DNA of 64,000 nucleotides, taken from assembly GCA_030390025.1 (NCBI GenBank), contig CM059425.1:162008001-162072000 (forward strand). Reading direction: 5' to 3'. The notes under the pieces are model-generated. The model was not told the origin of the DNA. It was given only the letters and a program-made list of their open reading frames with translations, and ran no database searches. Position 1 is the stretch's first letter. The number at the start of each line of letters is the position of its first letter. Shown here piece after piece: positions 13,571 to 26,912 of this stretch. The stretch comes from Squalus acanthias. Taxonomy: Eukaryota. The position numbers and the translations under genes are program-made.

Positions 13571-14391
13571 GGGGGCGATTTTGTGAATGGGGGCGCGTTG
13601 GAGGCGGGACTGCTGCTTGTCGGGTTGATGTCCCGTCTCCATCGATTTGTGGCCAACCCATGCTATTTTCCCTTGATTGACCTTAGCAGGCTTAGCAAGT
13701 CAATTAAGGGAAAGCCGGTTGCAGAGCACGTCAATGTATGACATTTCATCTGTCAAAAATTTGTGACAGATGAATTGTCATCATTTGACAGCTCTGTGAA
13801 GCTGTCAAACAGTGACATTCTCTGTAGTTTGATGAGGTCTTGCATACAAGACCCTCATCAACCTTCTTTCTTTTGCAGAAATGAGATGGTTGTTGCATAT
13901 GAGAATGCAACGGCCATCTCTCATCTGCAACACAGAGGTCCGAGAGTCTCCGCATACAAACCGACTAAAGCCTGCAGGAAGAAACAAAGGTAAGTACACT
14001 TTTAAAAACACTTTGCACTTACCTCAGATACTCACCTCTACACTCTTGCACCCATCACTTACCTTCACACCACACTTTTGCACCCCCCCGACCCCCGCAG
14101 ACCCAGTACTCGCCTCACTGAGCTGGCGTGTTTTGGAGCCTTCGGGAAGCCCGCACTTGTGAGGGCAAAAAGGGGATAATCCTATTTTCTGCCTGTTAAC
14201 TGCCTGTTAACAGGCAGTTAATAGGCTTTAATCCCTTCCCGCCTCCAAGGAGACGGGACCCAGCGCGGGACGGTTACCCGCCTCCCAGGAAGATGGCATG
14301 GAGGCGGGTTAACGGGGCGGGTTGGGCACCCGCCCCCAAATTCTGCCATTTTCCAGGCAGTCCCGCCCCCAGGGCTGGCAAAATCGCCCCC
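13571..14391. mobile_element. Non-autonomous Harbinger-type element
   Basis: Perfect 13-bp TIR GGGGGCGATTTTG / CAAAATCGCCCCC; TSD ambiguous (TAG or cta/gta). Confidence 0.8.
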
Positions 14392-14571
14392 GTAGAGTTC
14401 CATAGAGAACACTCACAATTAAATGGAATTCCATAGATTACAACCAGTGCACACATGGGAGTTCCACAGAATAGCACCATATTCTTGAAAACATGTAATG
14501 AAAACCCAAAGTTTTTTCAGTTAAATGATACTTGCTGAGATCATGAAACATGAACATCAGTGAGACAGCTA

Positions 14572-15212
14572 GGCTGGAATTTTCTCAAGGGAGGTGGGTT
14601 GGGGGCGGGGGGCCTCCGAGGCGGGCGGAAAACTCGGGAGGCCGGGTTTCCTGTAGGCCCTGCCGACTTTAACGACGGGGTCTGATTTAAAGGCGAGGTC
14701 TCGGATTCCCGCCTGCAGCCAGCTAGATTGAGCGGGATCGCGGTGGGGGTCGGCCAGGGATCGGGGGGAGGTGGTCGGTCGAGAGGATCATGGCTAGCTT
14801 CATCATCATTGTTGGGGGAGGATGCCTGGGAAGGTGATTGGAGGCCTCGTGGTGGGGTCTCCGATCGCGGGGGGTGGGTTAGTTCGGGACCCTGGATCCA
14901 GGAGGTAGGTATAAAGCCACTTACCTCCTGGATGTAGCAGTCCCTGCCTCGGTTTAACTACCGGGTTTTGTAAATTGTGTGAAACCTGTCCACGGGCAGT
15001 TAAACACAAAATGGAGGGGAAAAAAGAGGCTTCCAGCCTCATTACAATATTTAAATGTCAGTAATGCCCCCTGGGAGCGGGTTGGCTGCCCGCCCCCAGC
15101 AAAACTGGACATGGGCGGGATGGGGGCGGTATCAGGTTAGGAATCCCATTTTTAACACTTTAACTGCCCCCACGCTCCAAACCCACCTGTTTTTGTGGGG
15201 AAAATTCCAGCC
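14572..15212. mobile_element. Harbinger-type MITE
   Basis: Perfect 13-bp TIR GGCTGGAATTTTC / GAAAATTCCAGCC, CTA TSD. Confidence 0.88.
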
Positions 15213-17004
15213 CTAATGTTTGAAATTATGGAAGTCAACGTTCAGACCAGAGGTCTGCTGAGTGCTCAGAGGAAGATGAAATACTCTTTCTGAAGTTTAA
15301 TTTGAGCTTAATTAGATCAGTATAAGATGCCAAATGTGAAAAGGTCAGTGAAAATGCAAGAGGTAGCTGAAATGATAAACTATAGGGAGATCATGAACAT
15401 GTTTACAGATAGAACACATATATTCAGCAAAGTGGTTCAATATCTGCATTTGATTTTCCTCAATATAGAGGAGAATGCATCATAAGTTTTTTCATAATTC
15501 AACAAAATCACTTCGAATGCTCATAATTCTTGCAATGTCCCATTGTGATAACATCGTCAGTTTACACATAATGTACCATCTTATCCTCAATCAACATCAT
15601 TTCCTCAGATGATTCTTTTTTGATGAACTTTTGTAAGGATATCTGTGCTGGGGAAGGCAACATGTTTTTACTTTGGGATTTCGTCATAAGTATTAAGAAC
15701 TGTCAGGTCAGGTCTAGTAAAGCAACATGTAAAATAAAGCTCCTACTACTTTCTTTCAACAATATTTCATGCCACCTAATTTAGCTACTGCTTTTCAAAT
15801 TTAGAATGATTGTTGCACAGGTTTTGAGATAATCTGACATCTTTGGATGCTTCTGAAGTCTTTCAAAGATATCAAAATTACTTGGAGAACATTATTACAG
15901 TTCAACATTTTGCACATAAATTACTGTTTAAAAAGTGACAGTGGAATGTGGAAAGGTTACTTTCAATACCAAACATCTTGCAAAAATGAAATGCTAGAGC
16001 TGCTTGGAAATAGGCTTTTACAACAATTACAGCTGCATTATTACCAGACTGCTCCTTCACATCACTGGAGCATAATTTCATGATTTTAATGCAACACAAA
16101 TTCGATACAAAATAGCTGTTCCTAGGCTATTTCTGAGCAGAAGTTTGAAAACATGAAAGACTGGAACTAGAGAGGATTGAGAGACACAATTGGGCATAAA
16201 AATAGCTATCTTTTCTGTCACTTACAATAATTCAGCAGCTGAAATAAATACAGATCTTCTTTAATCAATTGCGCTAAAACCCAGTGCCATTTTGTCAGGT
16301 GCAGTAATACCCATTGTTATCATTAATCTTTTTTACAGTCAGACAGCCTTGGTTAATACTCAGTAAGAGAACAGATGGTGCTGCCACCAAGAGACCATCG
16401 ATCGCCTGAAATTAAAATTTTAAAAAATGAACCGTTCATTCATTTTATTTTCGAAATGATCAAAATCGCATTAGTCTATTAACATTTTTAAAAGTCTACG
16501 TTATTGGTACACACAGAGTTGAAATTTTTCAGTGCTATTTTCAGTGCAGCATTTCATGCATTTATGTGAAATTCCTGCATGTGCTATTTTAACAAAGTTA
16601 TTAACTGACGTAAAATGAATGACTTAATAACTTTGTTAAAACTAGCATGGAGGTATTTGAGACAAACATGTTAACAAAGTGCAGTAAAAATAGTGCACCA
16701 AGGAATTTCAATCCCATAGAGTCATCAGGATAAAACCTCACAATTAAATCACTTTTTTTGTAACAGTTTAGCATAAAATGGATGATCACATCATCTGACT
16801 TAATTGTGTAAATGATATAGATTATGCATGGTTAAAAGTGACTGTTAACAAGTTTTAGGTCTTCCCTAGATATTCTCCTCTCATACTGGTCACTCCTGTA
16901 AGTGGTCTGAATGTCATACATCATATACTGTCCAATATCTAATTATATGATAGCGTAACCAGGAATGTAACAACAGTATCCCCTTGTAATTTTCACTGGA
17001 TATT

Positions 17005-18550
17005 GGCCGGAATTTTAATTTGGAAGCGGGCAGGGAGCGGGGGGAGCTGGAAAGCGGTCAGGAAACCCGGGAGAACGGGTTTCCCGGAGGCCCAGCCGAA
17101 TTTAACGGCAGGGCCTGATTAGCATTTGGAATCACCGTTTCCTGCCCGCAGACAGCCAGATGGAGAGGCTGGCTGGCTGGTAGACCAGCGGCATCAAGCC
17201 GCAGAGAGGAAGGAGTGGGGGATTTCAGGGTGGGGTGGGAGGCCGGAGGAGGATCACAACAAGAGGGGGGAGGCCAGAGGGGAATCGGGGTCGGAGGGGG
17301 GAGAACGAAGGAGGATCGGGACCGGAGGGGGGAGGTCGGAGGAGGATCGGGGCCACAGGGGGGAGAACGAAGGAGGATCAGGACGGATGGGGGAGAACGA
17401 AGGAGGATTGGGACCGGATGAGGGAGACCGAAGGAGGATCGGGACCGGAGGGGGGGGGGGGAGGCCGGAGGAGGATCGGGACCGGATGAGGGAGACCGAA
17501 GGAGGATCGGGGCCAGAGGGGGGCGGCCGGAGGAGGATCGGGGCCAGAGGGGGGAGGCCGGAGGAGGATCGGGGCCAGAGGGGGGAGGCCGGAGGAGGAT
17601 CGGGATCGGGACCGGAGGGAGCGGCCGGAGGAGGATCGGGGCTGGAGGGGGCAGGTCAGAGGAGGATCAGGGCCAGAGAGGGGCGGCCGGAGGAGGATCG
17701 GGGCCAGAGGGGGGAGGCCAGAGGAGGATTGGGGCCAGAGGGGGGAGGCCGGAGGAGGATTGGGGCCAGAGGGGGGAGGCCGGAGGAGGATCGGGACTGG
17801 AGAGAGGAGAGGTCAGAGGAGGATCGGGGCTGGAGGAAGGAGGCTGGAATGGGATCGGGGCTGGAGAGGGGGGAGATCGAAGGAGGATTGGGGCCGGAGG
17901 GGAATCGGGGGCCATATGTGGGAGATCGGAAGGCCGGGAAGGCAATCAGGGGCCAGAGGGAGGAGGTTAGAAGGACAGGAAGGTAATCGGGAGCTGGAGA
18001 TGGGAAATCGGAACGCCGGGAAGGCAATCGGGGGCCGGAGGGGGTGGTCGAAAGGCCGTTGGGGTGATTGGGGGCTGGAGGGGGAGGGTCGGAAGGCCGG
18101 AGGAGGGATCGAAGATCGGCGGCCTTGTGGTGGGGTTGGGGGTGGGGGGGGGGGGTGCGCGGACGCCTCAGGGGTGAGGTCGGCGGAAGATCGGAAATGT
18201 CAGGGGGGTTGGCAAGGCAGGGACGTTGGATCCAGCTGGTAAGTAGAAAGGCACTTACCTCCTGGATCCAGCAGTCCTCGCCTCCCTTTAGCTGGCGGGT
18301 CCCTGAGGCCTAGGAAACCTGTCCGCCCACAGTTAAATTTGAAATGGTGGATCACCATGTGGCATGGAGCCTCATTATAATATTTAAATAGGCGACCTGT
18401 CTCCTGGGAGCGTGTTGTTTTGCCCGCCCCCGTCCCGCCTCCATTAAAACCAGATGTGGGCGTGTTTTGGTTGGGATTCAGTTTTTTTAAATTCTTTAAC
18501 CTCCCACCTGACCCCAACCCACCCATTTTTTGGGGGTTAAAATTCCCCCC
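17005..18550. mobile_element. Harbinger-type MITE with expanded G-rich minisatellite
   Basis: Ends GGCCGGAATTTTAA / TTAAAATTCCCCCC; arms homologous to 3429-4203. Confidence 0.8.
17230..18050 (+). repeat. G-rich minisatellite, unit of about 30 bp (GGAGGAGGATCGGGGCCAGAGGGGGGAGGCC)
   Basis: More than 20 degenerate tandem units, directly visible. Confidence 0.92.
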
Positions 18551-19971
18551 TTTGTGTCTTTCGCACATGCCCTCATGTGCACTTTTCCAATCTTGCCAAA
18601 GATGAACTTAAACACTTTAGTGAGAAAAGGCCAGATATGGATCATTAAGCTGCTTTATGTTGCAGAAAGCAAGTGAACGCACAGAGTTAAAGTTATAATC
18701 AAATGTTTTGGGTGGGTGCATCTGCAGTTTTCCTTTGCTTTTTAGCATCCAAAGGGAATTTGGTTTTTCAGTTCTAAAGCAGTTACAGTAGAATTAAGGT
18801 GCTGATTGTAACAATATAATGCTTTGCTATTTTCTTAAAACTATAACACAATTTTAATGAGAAACATGTATAACTAAGTGCTAGTTTTACTATATCACTT
18901 TCAAACAATAGGCAAATTGTTGTGCTTCAGCCTTATTAATAAATTTACCGATGTCTAGTTTAAATCAGTAAAACATCTATCATCTTAACAGGGGACAGTA
19001 GATGAGGAATACATGTTACATTTTCACAGCCAGTGCCCCTGAAGTCTCAAATGTGTTAGTACCATCACCAATATAAAAATACACTAACATGCCAGTATCT
19101 GACTACCTGAATCATACCATGAAAATGTTGGAAAATATCAGTATTTTCATGGTGATTGTTTCTTGTTTTATAAAAAAGTACCCAGCACATTCTTGTGAGT
19201 TGATGAATTGCTACAGTTCAGTTTCTTTGTGGCCCCCACAAGATGACGTACAATCCAAGTAACGTAGTGCTGAGGCCACTTTCATGGTATATTTCTTTTT
19301 ATATTATGTGATCATGGTACCATTTATTGTAGAAATGGTTTCTCCCAGAGAGGAAAGATTGGTCACTTGATAGATTAATAACTCCTGTCAGCACGTCCTT
19401 GAACTAATGGTAGCAGGTAGCAGAACATAATACTGTACAGCACAGAAGTATGAGGGTGGCTAAGATCGTGCATTTGTCAGTCTTTGTGAGAGATGACAGG
19501 TATTTGAATAAGTAAGTAAATGCAATACCCTGAATCAGTAAAGAACATGATGGAAACTGAAGCCTTATTTGTACCTCTTTGACAAATGTCTGACTGCTTA
19601 AAAATGACAACACTAAATTAGGTTATCATACTAAAGCATGTAGACCTGATATTTCTCTGTTTGATAAGTAACAGGAAGTCATTTTACAAGAAAGGATAAT
19701 AAAAAAATTGATCTTTCACTGTACACTGTGGTAATAATCTCAATGACCTTATACCATTTCACACACTTTGTTCAGTTGGATAAAACCTGGCATTCTGCTA
19801 CTCTCATAAACCTTTAACCATCAGATTCATATTTAAATAAACAAAAATAATCTGATTTAAGATGCTAAACTCCGAAACGCTGGAAAACTGAAATATGATG
19901 ATGCAATAAAATGAAAGATATACCATAAAATTAGCTACACAATGTAAATGTCTCCAAAATGGCCAGTTAAT

Positions 19972-20157
19972 GGGTGTAATTTTCAAATTACTGCTGGAGC
20001 TTAAAACCAGTATTGCAGGTTGGGTGCCCGTTATAAAAACCACCTGATTTTCTATTCTACCGAAATCCATGGAAAGGAAAATCAGGCGTTTTTTATAATA
20101 TGCGTCCGACCCACAACGCCGGTTTCACACTTCAGCAATAAGTTCAAAGTTACCCCC
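19972..20157. mobile_element. Short old foldback MITE
   Basis: Ends GGGTGTAATTTT / AAAGTTACCCCC; internal inverted arms TTATAAAAACCACCTGATTTTC / GAAAATCAGGCGTTTTTTATAA. Confidence 0.6.
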
Positions 20158-20303
20158 ATTAGGTTTAATTTAAGGGAGCCATAAATACCTACCTAAATAC
20201 AGGCATTTTTAGAAAACTTGTGATATTTATGGCCCTTTGTACCATTTATTACTAATGCAGTTAACAAATATATGTTTTTTTAAATAGTAAGATCCACAAT
20301 AGA

Positions 20304-20658
20304 AGCCTCGATCTTCGGTAGCGCCCCCTGACTTACCGCCGCTTCAGCCCCCCCGCGGAGTGCCGGCTGCGCTCTGTGAGCCCGGCACTTCTCTTGAGTG
20401 CCGGGCTCTTTTGCCGGCACTCCGATCCCTGGTGGCCCAGCTGGGCCCCGGGTCACGCTGCACTAGGCCCCTCCCCTTTAGGAAGGGGAGGAAGGCCTGC
20501 AGTACCGCTGCAGCACGTTGCACCGCTATATTCCCTCGCAGCGCCCCAAGAGGGAGGTGGGGCACTTCCAGTAGCGCCCCGCTTCCCTCTTTGGGTGCTA
20601 AAAGTAGCGCCCCGGTGAAGTTAGCGCACCAAAGGGGGCGCGACTCAATTTTTCCCCC
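20304..20658. mobile_element. Harbinger MITE, inverted relative of 9320-9928
   Basis: Reverse-complement homology to 9320-9620; right end AATTTTTCCCCC; left end eroded. Confidence 0.7.
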
Positions 20659-23600
20659 AAGGACTTCTTCAACCCATGAAGTAACTGGCCTTGGTTGACC
20701 AAGCATCAAAACAGATAGAAAAGTGAGAGAGAGAAAACAACACTGTTCACACAGTTCGGGACATGAATGCTGTGGGCGAGCTGCCAAGTTTTTGGTATTA
20801 AAAAGTGCTACTGGAAGACATTCGAGTCTGCAGTCGAGGGCAATTTGGTCAGTTGCCTGTTAAAGTCATACGTCTAGTCACCGCTGAGCCGACCTCTCAC
20901 TGGTGTTAGTACGTATGTGATTGCTTATGATCACTTGAGCTTAAAGTAAATGATTAGATTCGTGCGAGCTTACTTGTAATAAGTAAAGGATAGAGTACGG
21001 GTTGTCATATAATATTTGTGTGCTTACTTGTAACCTCTTGCTGATTTTAAGTAAAGAATAGTTTACCCTGAAATCTTTGTCTTGAGTTGTCTGTTCTATG
21101 GGTCTGAACTTTATAAACTGTCAGACAAGTTCAAAACAATCTGAACGTCTTGTATCATAGAAAATAATCTTTGTAGAATGTTTTGAAATATTTAAATGTT
21201 GCTTCATAATTAATAGCAGCATTTCATCCAATATTAAAAATGGTGATATTAAAAACAATAAACTATGGAGAACTATAGCTTTAAGACTGCACTGTCAAAA
21301 TATGTCCCCTGAGTCTACTTGGTGGTATTATTAGCTATAGGCACCTGAGTACCAAAATCTTTGGGGTAATGTTATGAATTTGCGCTCCCAGTGAATACGA
21401 AAATGAATGCACATAAACTCCCGCAGAGCCTGCTGTCATTTGTACCCAAACTTCCAATACATGTTCTCCATAGGTGCAGCTCCACAGCTGGGGCGCAAAT
21501 TCTATAGAACCGTCAAAGTTTACGGCACAGATGTTTCTTTCTTAGAGCAATCTACTGCTCTGCCCTATCCCCATGTCCCTATACAATCTCTGTTTCAAAC
21601 ACTGATTTACTTTGCCTTTAAAAGATGCAATGGTCTTTGCTGTAATTTGTAAAATTTATTCTATTACCTATGCTCAATCAGTGGAATCTCACTGAGTTAC
21701 AAGATGAAGGTAATTCTAAGTACTATTAATGAAAAAAAACTTCCACCTAGGTGAAAGTAAGGTTAATCATATTTTCTTTAACTTGAAAAAAATAATTCTT
21801 AAAATATTTGCATTTACAGGGCTCCAAATGCAAATTTTAATTGTTTCAAACTATATATCTGAATGAGCCACTTTGTAAACTGAAGTATGGAACAGATTGC
21901 CTCACTTGTGCATCTGTTTTATCACTGGCGTCAGGGGATTTGTCTTTTTAAAGGCAAATTATGAGCCACTTTTTTAATGTCCAGTATTTTGATGTTGAAA
22001 CTATTGGAGCTGAGGTAAAAAGTTGGCAAGTGACGCAAACCTGAATGGAAAACAACGATAGCACTGGAGTTACCTGTGCCAACAAACTTGTCTGGGAGTA
22101 AATGTAACAAACTGTGATTTGTTATTTAATTAAGTAACCAAAAAGCAGAAGATCATTCAATGAAAACTCTACAGCAGAACTCGTAACTACCACCCATGTG
22201 GATCATTTTAACTCATCAGCAGTATCATGAGTTAAGGCATTAAAATGAATCAGAGGATTAATTTAATGAAAGATTGTTCAAACATACCTTTATATACCCT
22301 GTTTTATTTTTAAATGATTTCAGAATAAAATGACTGTGTGTGACTGTTAGATCCCTGCTGAGGTCCGTAGACATGCAATGGATGGGGCAGAAATTGGAAG
22401 GTAGAGTGCTGAGTTGTCATCATTTTCTTTAAAATACATAATTTCTCTGTTGGTGCCCATGACATTCAGAAAAATACACATGTAACGCATTGGATTATCA
22501 TGAAAACACACCTATTATTATCACAGCAGGGAGTCAAAGCACTGATAGATGTTATTGAAAGAAAAATTGTCTCCACATTTACTCTATATTATATGCATGT
22601 ATAGAAAATGTTTAGAACTGACAGAACGTGATGCATGAGCCAACCTCCAGCACCCTCTCCACCCCACCAAGAGTATGTAGACAGTTGGTAAAGAAATGAG
22701 TATTAGTCCACAGCATCTGATAAAATAAGTTAGAATTAAATATAAAATAGCTGTAAAAATGCCCAACATATGAAAGGAGCTCCAAATTACATCACGGAGC
22801 AGCAACGTCTTAAACATGATTAAGACTCTGATAAGTAAAAAATAATTTTAAGCATCATGGTGGAATCATTTACAATTATATTTTTTCCAACAAATGTTAA
22901 TTACCTTAGAGGAGAATGACTGCATATAGAAAACTGATCAGCAGGAAATTGGGACTGTGTAAAACCAACTCTGAGAGTGGCCTAAATTCAGCACAGGCAA
23001 GAAGTGTTGAATGGCTTCTTCCTATGCTAAAATTTCTATGTTTCAATGACACTGAATGTAGACTTTTTTATAAATCTGCACTGAGTTTTAGCACATAGAT
23101 GATGAGGATTGGGAAAAATATCATGCCATCATCCCTCGCTAAATACATAGTAAAGAGCAACAATTCCATTGACACCAATATTATTGAATACTCCGCAAAG
23201 GAACCTCCTTACTTAATCCTAGTCTGCAGTAACCACTCCTTTGAAATGGATAAACACTATTATTATTTCCGCAATGACTGAATGGAAAGAAACTCATTTG
23301 CTGCCATTTATCTAGGACGAAGTACTTATGATTTGAACTACTTACCCCATCATTTCCTTCCACTTTAATCTCCAGGTATACTATTATTTATATTATATGC
23401 TGTTGGTTGTGATACTTATTCTTCCTGACTGACCGTATGAGGTTCCACCATAGCACAGTACATTGATGCACTAATGCACTGTGCCCTGGAGTAACAGGAC
23501 ACAGATTTGCACCCACAAGTCACCTCACAAGTTCTTAAACTGGACCATGCTATCAGACAAAAGTAAAGAATAAGGAGCAGGTGCTTCTTCACAAGAATGG

Positions 23601-23687
23601 CAGAAAAACAAGGGTGGACCCCAATTAGCCTACTCTAGTCCACTTTTTCCTTGACAGATCAAGAATAGAATTTGCCAAAGACAGAGG

Positions 23688-24371
23688 GGCCTAGAAATTG
23701 GTTTGTGTGCAAATTCAGGGGAAAATCCAGCGGTGGCAACGACTGCCATGCTGAAACGTATGCGCAAGAAGACCACATGGAATTGGGTCATCAGGGCATG
23801 CCTGGCATGCTGCGGCTGCTAGTTGTGCCCTAAGAGGCAATGCGGCGGTTGCAAAGAGGAGGAAAGTCAGCTGTTAGGGCACAGGGCTCATGGTAGGTCC
23901 AGGGGGTGGTGGGGGTGGAGGGAAGCGGGCTGACTTCGGGGGGTTGGTGGGTAGGGTGAGCCATGGCCTGCAGTTTCAATATGGAGCGAGGGGGCGCACT
24001 CCTGCTTCTCCTAGCTCCGCATTCAGGTACGTAATTTTTTAAAAAAAACGTATCTTTCTAGTGGCAGCCTCATGTGATTTCTTTAAGAACCACTGGTTTT
24101 GCTGCTTTAGGCGAGAAAACTGACCTCAGCATGAACAGTGCATGTTGCAGTCAGTCATGATCGAATTTCCCAAAGGGGCATGAAACAGGCGTGAGGCCAG
24201 CCATTGGCATAACATTAATTTTATGTGCGCACCCTAGATGACTCTGGGTACTCTAACAAATATGGCATCAGGCTCACTCAGCATGAACTGAGCATCCAGC
24301 ACACCATATTGGACCCTTCGGCACCTGCTTTTCACCAAAAATCGGATGCTGCGTGATCCAGTTTCGAAGCC
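23688..24371. mobile_element. Older Harbinger-type MITE
   Basis: Ends GGCCTAGAAATTGG / CCAGTTTCGAAGCC, AGG TSD. Confidence 0.6.
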
Positions 24372-24621
24372 AGGCATTTTTTTTTGTAAAGAAAGAGAAA
24401 AAAATTAGTCTGTTTTATGGCAATACCATAAAATTATATAAAATTTACTTAGGCATATCTTCCCATATTTCATCCTGAAATGTCAAATGTGATTTTCCTC
24501 AGTTAATGATCCAGGACCAATGTACACTGCAGTCTCGTCAGCCCAACATGAAAATTATTAGGCCAGACAGTCACTCTACAGATTCTTTCCCATCTTCTCT
24601 CTAGACCTCATCAGACTCATT

Positions 24622-26382
24622 GGGGGGAATTTTTCAGGTGATCAGCGGGCGCGTTTGGTGGCGGGTCAGGTGGGAATTTTTTTTTGACAGCAGGTCAGGA
24701 CCCCGCTGTCAACCCGCTGTCACGCGCCTTTCCCAGATGTCTGGTCTGTCAGCACTGAACAGACCCGACACGCAGCAGTGGGGGAGGCAAGTCAGGTCAT
24801 TATGACCTTGTTAACAGCCCATTAAGAAGTACTTTGAGCTCACCTTTACATTTTACGAGGTCGCCCACGGGGTCCACGCTGCTCGGGGATCAAGTCAGGT
24901 AAGGAGGTCAGGAGTTGTATGACCATGAGATCATCTCATTTCTTGAGAGCTGCAAATGTGCTATAAAAGCTCCCATCTCACAGCTGTTCACTTTCCAAGC
25001 TCAGAAGCTGTTGCTTACTGCATTTGGAACACAGATTGAGCTTTATGCAGGTTGCAAGTGTTTGGAGTAAACTCTATCCAGTGTCACCTCATTGGAACAA
25101 CCTCTCTCACCAATGACAGATCGCTTCTGTCATCTCAAGTTCACCTGCCATCTATTACATCAGCATCGGTGCCCTTGAAACTATCTCACCTTGGTCCTCA
25201 GAATCCCACCACGATCAGTCCCAACACCAGCAGCACCAGGCAGACCAGCAGCACCAACAACACCAACCTTCTCCGCAATCAATTGATGCTGCACAGGACA
25301 CAGGGCATCAGCACCCGACCACATTGCTGCCCAGGAGGCCAGGGATGGCCTCACCATGGTCATATTTACTTCACTTGACGCTGTACACCCTGGCTGCCAC
25401 GTGATGCGCCAGGTTGGCACCACCCCCACACCAACATCATAAAGCATCCCTACAATGCCCAAGCTATTCCTTTCACACTCATCACCATTGCAGGGGGGTA
25501 CCCTTATGTCTCACCATTCACTGCAACTCACTAAGCCACTTCCAAAGGTGCACACAGATCTGTCCAAGAACGCAAAGTGTTGAAAATAAAGGTTTCAATG
25601 TTTGACAGCACATTAACAGAAACTATACATGAACATTGGCTAAAGCATCCAAGTGCCTACCCTTGTGTGTTGTTAGTTGGTATGATTGGACTAGGATAAG
25701 GGTGAGTGTGAGGGGTGGCTAGTGAGATGGGGAAGTGATAATGTAGATAGAGAGGGATAGGTGGAGGTGCAAGGTAAGTTGGTGTGAGTAAGGATGTGCA
25801 GGAGTAGGGTAGGGAAGGCAGAGTGATGTGGATATGATGAGTGGCACAGCAGGATGAGGTTGAGTCTGGCTTTGCAGTAACGTTTCGTGATCTACTGAGA
25901 TCATTGAAAAGTTTGCGCCACTGCAGGCTGGTCCTCCTGACAACATCCCTGCTTGTGTTCTCCTGTGCAATGTGCAACCAGGCTGCGTTGGTCTCCTGGG
26001 GAGCTCTCTTCTGCCCATTGGAAGGGAAGAGAATCTCCCTGCGTGCTGTGACTCCCTCCATAAGCAGCTGTGCACCTCTGTGCAGTGCTTGTCAGTGTTT
26101 GCAGCACCTCAATGCTGTAGAACACTGACAGCACAACTGCCAAAATAAATTTGTGCCTGGTCCCTTTAAGGAAACCGGCTGATGACGCGTCATCAAATGA
26201 CGTCATCAGACCCCCTTCCTCCAATTGCCCGGCAAACACGCTGGGCGGCTTAACAAGCCCAATCAACGTAAAATCATTCTACACAGCAGGCTGGAGCCAG
26301 CAGCGAGGTCAGGACCCGCCACCAGCGCCGTCCACCACGGACCCGCCACCACGGACCCGCCGAGGTAGGGGAAATCGTGGCC
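24622..26382 (-). mobile_element. Harbinger deletion derivative with Myb exon 1 (minus strand) and transposase 5' remnant (plus strand)
   Basis: Ends GGGGGGAATTTT / GAAATCGTGGCC, ATT TSD; MEGVTARREILFP..WLHIAQE..LQWRKLFNDL at about 25880-26061; homologous to 55460-57018. Confidence 0.82.
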
Positions 26383-26547
26383 ATTTTCTCTATCCTGTGA
26401 ACTCTCAACCTTCTCCAGTCCCAACTCTTGAATACACTTCTGCATAGACTTTATTATGCATTACCATATCCCTTGCAGAAAGCTAATTTTTTTTAGCTCA
26501 CATTTAATAGCAACCTTTAAGATTATTTTACAATACCTTATACTTAC

Positions 26548-26687
26548 ACATGTTATTCAGCAGAATTCGAGGTACAAGACAGTCCTGAAGCATAAGCATT
26601 TGCAGTAGTAAGTTCCAGTTGCAGTTGGGCTGTGACAATAACAATGTAAGGTGCTGCTCGACTACTACTTTATCACATGATGAAGAG
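26548..26687 (-). CDS. KIAA0825: KIAA0825-like protein, coding exon (6th in window)
   Basis: tttcag acceptor and GTAAGT donor, 140 nt, phase 2-1; HLTLLLSQPNCNWNLLLQML resembles recalled QLKLLLSQPRCNWNLLLETL; absent from the ORF track. Confidence 0.88.
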
Positions 26688-26912
26688 CTGAAACACACAC
26701 CAAACAAAGATTATGCTTTACTTGTTCAATTAAATGAGTAGCCTAAAATGTAATACTGAAATTAAATGATAATTCTTCCCAAATAGTTCTCAAGCATGTT
26801 CTAAAAGAATATTATATCATGGCTCATTGCTTTCAAAGACAATGTCAAATCTTAGGAACACCTCAAATAATTCACAACTATGATACCATGTTGTCCATCT
26901 GTGTATCACTAA

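Noticed and set aside
17126..17986. 286-aa Gly/Arg/Glu-rich ORF and the overlapping ORFs
   Set aside because: Artefact of a stop-poor G-rich minisatellite inside a MITE; non-ATG start; open in several frames
17230..18050. CRISPR-like array
   Set aside because: No unique spacers, eukaryotic context, no cas genes
20219..21138. Possible solo LTR (TGT...ACA, AGTAAA signal) split by a MITE
   Set aside because: No TSD, second LTR or PBS seen; cannot be supported
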